Below are positions 57,206-64,000 of a DNA stretch of 64,000 nucleotides, in pieces. Numbering within the stretch: position 1 is the first letter of the stretch; the number at the start of each line of letters is the position of its first letter. Made by a program: the position numbers and the translations under genes. The stretch is from a virus (taxonomy: Duplodnaviria > Caudoviricetes): the IMG/VR virus record IMGVR_UViG_3300028591_000073, positions 160,001-224,000 of that record; one strand, 5' to 3'. The notes under the pieces were generated by a model. The model was not told the origin of the DNA and made no database searches. It was given only the letters and a program-made list of their open reading frames with translations.

Positions 57206-57577
57206 ATGGATATGCACGCATTATCTTCCGACAATGTAAACGCCATCTTTGATGGTATGGTAGCTGGAGCACAGCAGACGCAAGATGCTTATCAGCAAAC
57301 CATGAATACGTTCCAGAGTACTGTTGGTACGCAACAGCCGATGAATGAACCTCGTCGTGCTGATTATTTCCAACAGACATATCAGCCGAGTCCCGGGTAT
57401 CAGAATGGATTCATCAATCCACAACCTGCTATGCAAGCACCCCGTCAGGATTATGGATTTGGATATGACGAAACATCATATGCAACTCCGTATGGCTCGA
57501 TGTTTGGTGGAGCACCACAGCCCATCTCTCAGGACACACAATATTTTGGATTCTATAATCCCGCATATGGAAAGTGA
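57206..57577 (+). CDS. Gln/Tyr/Gly-rich small protein
   Basis: GGAGG RBS; ends GFYNPAYGK. Confidence 0.7.
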   Translation: MDMHALSSDNVNAIFDGMVAGAQQTQDAYQQTMNTFQSTVGTQQPMNEPRRADYFQQTYQPSPGYQNGFINPQPAMQAPRQDYGFGYDETSYATPYGSMFGGAPQPISQDTQYFGFYNPAYGK

Positions 57578-57586
57578 GGTATCATT

Positions 57587-57949
57587 ATGACATTCCAGGA
57601 ATTTTGTGATAGATTTGCAAATCCTGAACTGATTGAGATTACCTGTACTGATGAGGTTCCACGTGAATTCGTGGAACCCATCCATACTTTGGTGAATCTC
57701 ATCCGTCTCAAGGTGCAGAGAGCAGATACTATCAAAATCTCATTCATTCAGAACAAGTTTGATGACATGAACGAAGTTCGTCGTATCATGGACGAAGTGT
57801 ATCATGGTGAGGTGAACGAATCCATCTCTCAAGCATTATCAAAGAATCTGTATGGATTGGAATTTGGATTATTAACATCATCGGAGATGGCCATTATTAA
57901 AGTTCTGACCATTTACCTTATGATACAAAACGCAACCAATGAATATTAA
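57587..57949 (+). CDS. hypothetical protein
   Basis: GAGG RBS, operon. Confidence 0.7.
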   Translation: MTFQEFCDRFANPELIEITCTDEVPREFVEPIHTLVNLIRLKVQRADTIKISFIQNKFDDMNEVRRIMDEVYHGEVNESISQALSKNLYGLEFGLLTSSEMAIIKVLTIYLMIQNATNEY

Positions 57950-57966
57950 TCAAGGAGGAAATTACT

Positions 57967-58632
57967 ATGAGTATCGTAATGCCAAGAGAAAACAACAAAG
58001 CAGGCTGGCAGCCGCTTCCCAACAAATTTTATGAAATCTCCGTTGGAGACATCCAGAAGTATCTGGAAGATGAAATCCTCGGATTCAAGATTGCAACTGC
58101 ATGGAAGAGATGGACTGGCATCTCCGCATACAGCAGCTATCTTCGTATGAGAGTTGTTCTCTCTCCTAAGGATATCGAAGTGTCTGAACATCGTAATGAC
58201 TATGTTGGAAGAGTACTTCGTGAATATTCTGCTGAAAGAAATCTCAACAAGAATGTCATGGATTCTCTCAAGCCATTTATGTATCCGGCTAACATGAAGC
58301 AGATTTATATGGCACAGAACTATGACAAGCTGAAGCATCTGAATGACCTCGGCGTTGTTGGTGATAAGCTGGATGAACTGGTAAACTGGTCTCAGATTAA
58401 CTATGTTCGTGACAACAATACTGGCAAGGATTATTATAGACTCTATCTGGCTCCTGAAAAGATTGTCTTCGATGGATTGACGAATGCAGAAACCGGTAAG
58501 ATTGATGGTACACTGTATATTCGTAGAATCTATGGTACAAAGGAAGAACAGTTCCGTCTGCTGGTAGAACGTGTATTGACAAATAATAGCGTGACCGAAG
58601 ATTTGAGTGTTGACCAGATTTATGCTCTCTGA
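57967..58632 (+). CDS. hypothetical protein, probably highly expressed
   Basis: AAGGAGG RBS, own palindrome terminator. Confidence 0.75.
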   Translation: MSIVMPRENNKAGWQPLPNKFYEISVGDIQKYLEDEILGFKIATAWKRWTGISAYSSYLRMRVVLSPKDIEVSEHRNDYVGRVLREYSAERNLNKNVMDSLKPFMYPANMKQIYMAQNYDKLKHLNDLGVVGDKLDELVNWSQINYVRDNNTGKDYYRLYLAPEKIVFDGLTNAETGKIDGTLYIRRIYGTKEEQFRLLVERVLTNNSVTEDLSVDQIYAL

Positions 58633-58718
58633 TAAATAAACCCATGAAAGCAATGGTGGGGCATTTGCCCCACCATTCTGCTTTATTTAACCAATATCAC
58701 ATGAAAGGATGTGATAAC

Positions 58719-59816
58719 ATGAATGTGATTGAATTAAATGAATTGATTGACTTGACAAATCGTTTTTTTGATCATGGAGCATATCCAACGTTGACAATTG
58801 GTGGTATTGTGGGATCACATCCTTTGTCCCATATATTGGATGTTGCAACAGATATGGTTTCTTTTGAAAGCATCCTCATTGTCGAAGGATGTGGGGACTT
58901 TTGTTATATTCCCAAGAAACCAATTCCGAATTACATCCCATATCAACAATTGTTCATCGACATGTTTGTGGAGAATGTAAAGCCATATGATCCATTTGCT
59001 CCTCGTTTATGGGAAGAGAACCAACCGAAAATCAAAGCAGTTGATCAAGAATTCATCCGTCGATTTCAATTGGTCATTATCAACAATGCACATTTAATTG
59101 AACCAGAAATGTTGCGAATGATTGTAGATGTATGTAAATGGAAATCTGTATTGATCGGAGATCCATTTGATGTGGGTGGTGAACCATTTATGGATGCACC
59201 AACGATTGTCAATTGTTTGGAAAAACAATCACCCATTATTGGAATGGCTCGTAAGTTATGGGGTGTGCCAACTTATGCGATTGACAAAAAAGCTCCTGGC
59301 ACGGTAAATAGTGGAAGAGTCACTCGTAAAGGCATTGGTAAATTGGATGGTAGAACGTATATCTCCAATCATCTGGATTTGGTACAAGCAGTACAAGATC
59401 AACAACGAAAACAAGCCTTTCGTAAAGGTCAGAAATTTTTTGTAACAGATGACAGAATTTACAATATCATGGAAGAAAAGAATCATCAATTGCAACATAT
59501 TACCAAGAATGCATTGCTGATTATGGGTCGTACAAATTCTTTATCACAGATACCACAACAATTTCAGATTCACCATTCCAAATATACGATAAGATGTGAT
59601 GTAATCTATGACCATATTGGAACTTATCCAAATGAATGGGATTATCGTATTAAAGTAAAACCGGCGAATATATTATCTGTGGCAGATGCCAAATATCATC
59701 GATATTTCAATACGGTGTTTGTTTGTATTGGAGATGTGTCTAAACGAGAATTATATTCAGTCATGAAGAATTCTGTTAACTTGACACTATGTGGTGTGAA
59801 AGGAGTGAGTGAATGA
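58719..59816 (+). CDS. degenerate Dda/RecD-like SF1 helicase homologue
   Basis: Motif order retained but altered: LTIGGIVGSHP (Walker A), LVIINNAHLI (Walker B), LIGDPF, ANILSV, RELYSVM. Confidence 0.6.
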   Translation: MNVIELNELIDLTNRFFDHGAYPTLTIGGIVGSHPLSHILDVATDMVSFESILIVEGCGDFCYIPKKPIPNYIPYQQLFIDMFVENVKPYDPFAPRLWEENQPKIKAVDQEFIRRFQLVIINNAHLIEPEMLRMIVDVCKWKSVLIGDPFDVGGEPFMDAPTIVNCLEKQSPIIGMARKLWGVPTYAIDKKAPGTVNSGRVTRKGIGKLDGRTYISNHLDLVQAVQDQQRKQAFRKGQKFFVTDDRIYNIMEEKNHQLQHITKNALLIMGRTNSLSQIPQQFQIHHSKYTIRCDVIYDHIGTYPNEWDYRIKVKPANILSVADAKYHRYFNTVFVCIGDVSKRELYSVMKNSVNLTLCGVKGVSE

Positions 59817-60439
59817 AACTATTTGGATTCGATATTGTTCGTTGTTCAAAAGCAGACTATCAAGAACTCGACACATATCAGAAAACCACAGTTGAATTAT
59901 ACAATCGACTTGTGGAATATGGTGACTTTACTGCGAGAATCATTGGAAAGCATGATGATAATGAAGAAGTCGTATTACAAATGATTTTTGAACGAACGGA
60001 GACATGTTGCAAATTGATTTTATTATATATGGCAAATCAATATTCTATTCCAATCACATCGTTATCTGTATCGACACGAATGAGTCAACTTCGACAGCAT
60101 GCTTCACAATTACAACAGTATATCTTACAACATCTCACTGTTCAATCCAGAATGGATGAACATAATGAAGATGCTGAATATGAAGAAGAATATGCAGAAA
60201 TCAGAGATGAATATGAAGATGTGAATGTGAAATATTATAAAGCTCGAGATCATTTGGCAAAGGTATTATATTCTGATATCACAGCCATGATATCTGTTGT
60301 ACAATATGATTTCTTCCAAATCATATTCGGAGTAGATATTATCCGAGATAGAAAAAAACGAACGAAAGTTCCTAAAGGTACACCCGCTTTTGAAGTGAGA
60401 ATCTTCAATGAAATTAAATCTGATAACGGAGGTAAATGA
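59813..60439 (+). CDS. hypothetical protein
   Basis: ORF 208 aa coupled to previous gene. Confidence 0.7.
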   Translation: MKLFGFDIVRCSKADYQELDTYQKTTVELYNRLVEYGDFTARIIGKHDDNEEVVLQMIFERTETCCKLILLYMANQYSIPITSLSVSTRMSQLRQHASQLQQYILQHLTVQSRMDEHNEDAEYEEEYAEIRDEYEDVNVKYYKARDHLAKVLYSDITAMISVVQYDFFQIIFGVDIIRDRKKRTKVPKGTPAFEVRIFNEIKSDNGGK

Positions 60440-60442
60440 ATC

Positions 60443-62218
60443 ATGAGTATTACAATTAATGAAGCAGAAATGATGGGTCAAGGTAAAATGGTGTATGATT
60501 ATACTTCCTTTAGTCACGATAACCATGTGAATGTTATTACGGAACAAGCATTCAAAAAGCTCGTGACAGACACATTCAAAACCATTGTGTATGTTCTCAA
60601 AGAAACCTATGGACCATATGGTTCCAGTATCATGATTTCTGAAAACAATGAAACGACTGCAACGAAAGATGGTTATAACATTTATAATGCACTTGGTTTC
60701 TCTCACCAGTACAAGAAGATGGTATATCTCGCCATCAAGAATATCATTGAAAGAGTCAACAATAATGTCGGCGATGGCACAACCTCTTGCATTTTGTTGG
60801 CTGAAAAGATTTTCAATAAGTTGAATGTACTGGTACAGACATCAGAAGATAAAAGAAATATAAAAGACATTCTTGACCTGATTGAAGAAAATCTTTTTTC
60901 TTCTACCAAACTTGCTGTTGACAAGGGTAAAGATGGACCCATCAAACCTCTCACGGAAGGTTCTTTATATGCATTGCTGATGGTGGCTGCAAACTATGAT
61001 GGGGAGCTCGTGGATTATTTGGTAGATGCACTTTGTCCAGTTTGTCAAGATATCAATGACCCTCGTACACCAATTGTTTCCATGAATAATGTCATCGTGG
61101 ATTCTGAAAAGATGTATGAATCATCTTCTACCACATACAAGGTACAAACATTACCTGGCGATTATCGTATCCGCATTAACATGGATGAAACATTCGCATT
61201 GTCTATTGAGAATAAAACCAAGATGAAAGTTGTATTATACGACCACACATTTGGTGAATCTGAATGGACAAATCTGATGGCAGGAATTGGTGAAGGAAAT
61301 GATGAAAACATCATGATTATTGCCCGCACTTTCTCTGCATCCTTCATGAATAATATGTGGGTTCGTTATTGTGGTAAACGTGCAATGGTAAAAGCAAGTG
61401 TTCCGATTTATCTCGTGGAAGTAGACTCTGGATATTTCCAAGATGAAATTCATGACTTGGCTGCTGTGTTGAAAACAAAATCACATACCATTCACGATTT
61501 GCAAATCAAGAAGGATGAACTTTCCGAAGTAGAACTATCCGTTTATAATTACAATTGTCTGGCATTCTATGGAGTAGAATCTCCCGAGGAATATGTGGAT
61601 GTGCTCCAAATTAAATATGCCAATGAAAAGAGTTATGCAAAAAGAACATTGTTGAGTGACCGTATCAAAGCATTGCAGATGAAGTCCAAGGATTCTATTA
61701 TCACAGTACGTGCGGAATCCACACTGGAACAGAAACTGTTATCTGATAAACTGGATGACTGTATCGCCATTGCAAAATCCGCATTGGAATACGGTGTGGT
61801 TCCAAACATGCTTTGGTACGGATATCAGCGTATCATCAGATTGAATGATGAAGAAGACCACAAAATTCCATTGACATATAAGATTCTCGATGCAATTGCT
61901 GGAAGTATTAAAGAACTCGCAGATGATATCTGGTATTCGAAACACAATAAACCAACCGATGTAGAGATGGTAGAATGGAATGCAAAGAGAAATTCTTTTT
62001 ATGAAAAGATGATTGAAGGAGAATCTTCTTATGATATCATCAATGATGAATTTACAGATATGAGAACACTTCCGACATCAGCGCAGTATGACATGGAAAT
62101 TATTGTGGCATCTATTTCCATCGTCAAGTATATCCTTTCTGCTCGTGCACTTATCTTTGATGCACATCTCATGCGTCCTCAGGGTGACGAAGGTCATTTT
62201 CAATTTAACGGCGATTAA
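60443..62218 (+). CDS. phage-encoded GroEL-like chaperonin
   Basis: ETYGPYG, TKDGYNI, VGDGTTS, D.IAIAKSALEYGVVP motifs. Confidence 0.85.
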   Translation: MSITINEAEMMGQGKMVYDYTSFSHDNHVNVITEQAFKKLVTDTFKTIVYVLKETYGPYGSSIMISENNETTATKDGYNIYNALGFSHQYKKMVYLAIKNIIERVNNNVGDGTTSCILLAEKIFNKLNVLVQTSEDKRNIKDILDLIEENLFSSTKLAVDKGKDGPIKPLTEGSLYALLMVAANYDGELVDYLVDALCPVCQDINDPRTPIVSMNNVIVDSEKMYESSSTTYKVQTLPGDYRIRINMDETFALSIENKTKMKVVLYDHTFGESEWTNLMAGIGEGNDENIMIIARTFSASFMNNMWVRYCGKRAMVKASVPIYLVEVDSGYFQDEIHDLAAVLKTKSHTIHDLQIKKDELSEVELSVYNYNCLAFYGVESPEEYVDVLQIKYANEKSYAKRTLLSDRIKALQMKSKDSIITVRAESTLEQKLLSDKLDDCIAIAKSALEYGVVPNMLWYGYQRIIRLNDEEDHKIPLTYKILDAIAGSIKELADDIWYSKHNKPTDVEMVEWNAKRNSFYEKMIEGESSYDIINDEFTDMRTLPTSAQYDMEIIVASISIVKYILSARALIFDAHLMRPQGDEGHFQFNGD

Positions 62219-62318
62219 TATGTATATGATTAATGTGAATGGGCGGGTTATCCCGCCCAACATTAATTCAACTAACTTTTTGACGAAAGTTTAGAATACG
62301 AATTGGAGATGAAAAGCC

Positions 62319-63812
62319 ATGAAGCAATTGAAGTCAAATATTTATAAACACATCTGTTCTATCTTAGCATCTGATAAAGCAGATTTAAAGAGCTCTCAGA
62401 ATCAAGTGTTATTCTCAAGAGTCATTTCGGAATATCCATCAAAGTCAGTGCATTGTTTATCAGCACATCGATTACTATCTTTCTATGAGAGAAATGTGAA
62501 TAGTGTTTCACTTATCTTGGAGATTATGAAAGATGAAGGGGAAGACGAAGAGATTATTGAGAATATTAAATTCTTACGTGAGAATCCCAGTATCAAAGGA
62601 CAATCTGAAGTCACAAGTCTGTGTGTTATTTTAGCTGACTATGTCAAGTATGCAAAGATATTAAAGGTGAAGAATTCTTTCATTCAAGCAATGGATATGT
62701 TGGATGATGATGAAGCACCTATCAAAGAAACGGTTGACACATTGTACAAGATGTCCAATGATATCATGAACGCATACAATATTGCCAATGTGACAGCCAC
62801 ACAACATACGTTTGATACAAATGACAAGGATGCCATGAAAACAGTAATTGCATCCACATTGGATGCACGTTCAGCTGATAAATGTATCATCACATCCATT
62901 CGAGCTTTAAACCAAATCTTATCACCCGGATATTTGTCTGGATGTTTGTATGTGTATGCGGGATTGCCTGGTAACTACAAATCGGGCATTCTGTTACAAT
63001 CTCATGTGGACACGTGTCGATATAATGAACATCTAAAGAATGTCACACATGGAAAGACACCAATCTCCATTTATATCTCAATGGAAAATACCATGGAACA
63101 GACAGTTCGAAGATTGTGGAGTCTGTTGTTTCCTATGGCTGATATGAATAATTTCTCTGTTGATGAAATTTGTGAGATGATTAATAGTACCTTAACGGAA
63201 AAGGGAATCAGAAGTGTCTTGCTGTATTATGGATATCGAGAGAAGTCCACTGCAGATATTGCGAATATCATTCGTTCATTTAATACAGAAAACACGGAAG
63301 TTGTGGCATTGTACTTCGATTATATCAAGCGAATCAGAAGTGCTCGTACAGATGCAGCTGCAACATCATCTGAAAAGAGTGAATTGCATGCGATTATGAA
63401 TGAATTCAAATTGATTGCTGTTCAATTTAATATCCCAATTGTAACAGGACACCAGCTCAATAGAGTCGCTGCACAAGCAGTTGATGATGCGACTTCTCAT
63501 GGAAATTATGATAAGTCAGCAGAAGTGCTTGGACGTTCTCAAGTTGGTACCGCATTTGAAGTACTTGAAGTATGTGACTTCTTGGGTTTAATCAACATTG
63601 AGAATGCTGGTGATAATAAGTATCTGATGATTAAAGCAGGTAAGCAAAGAGACAAGCAAGGTTCTTCATCAGACCAAGAAATCAATGCCATTCGTCATCC
63701 ATTCTTATCGGTAGATTCCTTTGCATTAAAGCCAGATATCATGGAAAACTGCTCTTTGTCCATTCCAATCTTCTTTGGTAGACAAATGCAAAACTTTGTT
63801 ACAAATATCTGA
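62319..63812 (+). CDS. DnaB-like replicative helicase (jumbo-phage type)
   Basis: AGLPGNYKSG P-loop, YISMEN, YFDYIKRI, IVTGHQLNR, GKQR. Confidence 0.85.
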   Translation: MKQLKSNIYKHICSILASDKADLKSSQNQVLFSRVISEYPSKSVHCLSAHRLLSFYERNVNSVSLILEIMKDEGEDEEIIENIKFLRENPSIKGQSEVTSLCVILADYVKYAKILKVKNSFIQAMDMLDDDEAPIKETVDTLYKMSNDIMNAYNIANVTATQHTFDTNDKDAMKTVIASTLDARSADKCIITSIRALNQILSPGYLSGCLYVYAGLPGNYKSGILLQSHVDTCRYNEHLKNVTHGKTPISIYISMENTMEQTVRRLWSLLFPMADMNNFSVDEICEMINSTLTEKGIRSVLLYYGYREKSTADIANIIRSFNTENTEVVALYFDYIKRIRSARTDAAATSSEKSELHAIMNEFKLIAVQFNIPIVTGHQLNRVAAQAVDDATSHGNYDKSAEVLGRSQVGTAFEVLEVCDFLGLINIENAGDNKYLMIKAGKQRDKQGSSSDQEINAIRHPFLSVDSFALKPDIMENCSLSIPIFFGRQMQNFVTNI

Positions 63813-63908
63813 AAATAATTATTTTCGGTATATGTATAATTAAATTGAGAAGAACCCATACCATGGGATACTCTTCTCAAAAATATTATTTTAAGGAGGG
63901 CTCGCTTT

Positions 63909-64000
63909 ATGAGCATCTTACAACTTCAATCACGGGTGTTAGGTCCGGACACCAACGTGGATTATTCCACAATCATCATGCAGTCGTATCCTGCATTTGC
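63909..64000 (+). CDS. start of a gene truncated by window edge (MSILQLQSRV...)
   Basis: AAGGAGG RBS and promoter-like motif upstream. Confidence 0.55.
   Translation, partial: MSILQLQSRVLGPDTNVDYSTIIMQSYPAF

Noticed and set aside
1-64000. Stop-codon reassignment, inteins, introns or transposases
   Set aside because: Genes tile densely in the standard code, no suppressor tRNA is present, and no intein, homing-endonuclease or transposase motifs were recognised.

Overview
This window is most consistent with a segment of an AT-rich jumbo bacteriophage genome of the phiKZ/AR9-like type. The host is probably a Firmicute, judged from strong AGGAGG/GAAAGGAGGTGA ribosome-binding sites. Recognisable core genes are an SbcD/Mre11 nuclease, NAD-dependent DNA ligase, primase, a split multisubunit RNA-polymerase beta N-terminal subunit, a GroEL-like chaperonin, a DnaB-like helicase, several virion or tail proteins and six tRNAs. 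The most notable feature is an RNA island at about 11.4-17.3 kb on the minus strand. It contains a TROVE/Ro60 gene flanked by nine copies of a conserved stem-internal-loop-stem scaffold (TGAWGCR...AGTTACTTC...AYTCTCA), each enclosing a different insert. Three of these inserts are circularly permuted tRNA mimics (YrlA-like). The array is interleaved with real tRNAs and lies next to a MYG1-family exonuclease gene. Other observations include a tandem array of covarying H-type pseudoknots at 55.9-56.1 kb, two distant small-gene cassettes sharing 5' and 3' RNA elements, a 1644-aa multi-enzyme protein punctuated by (Y/V)QE(A/S) motifs, a degenerate Dda/RecD-like helicase, two expanded paralogue families and several dispersed regulatory repeats. 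All calls come from reading motifs by eye; no database searches were run.
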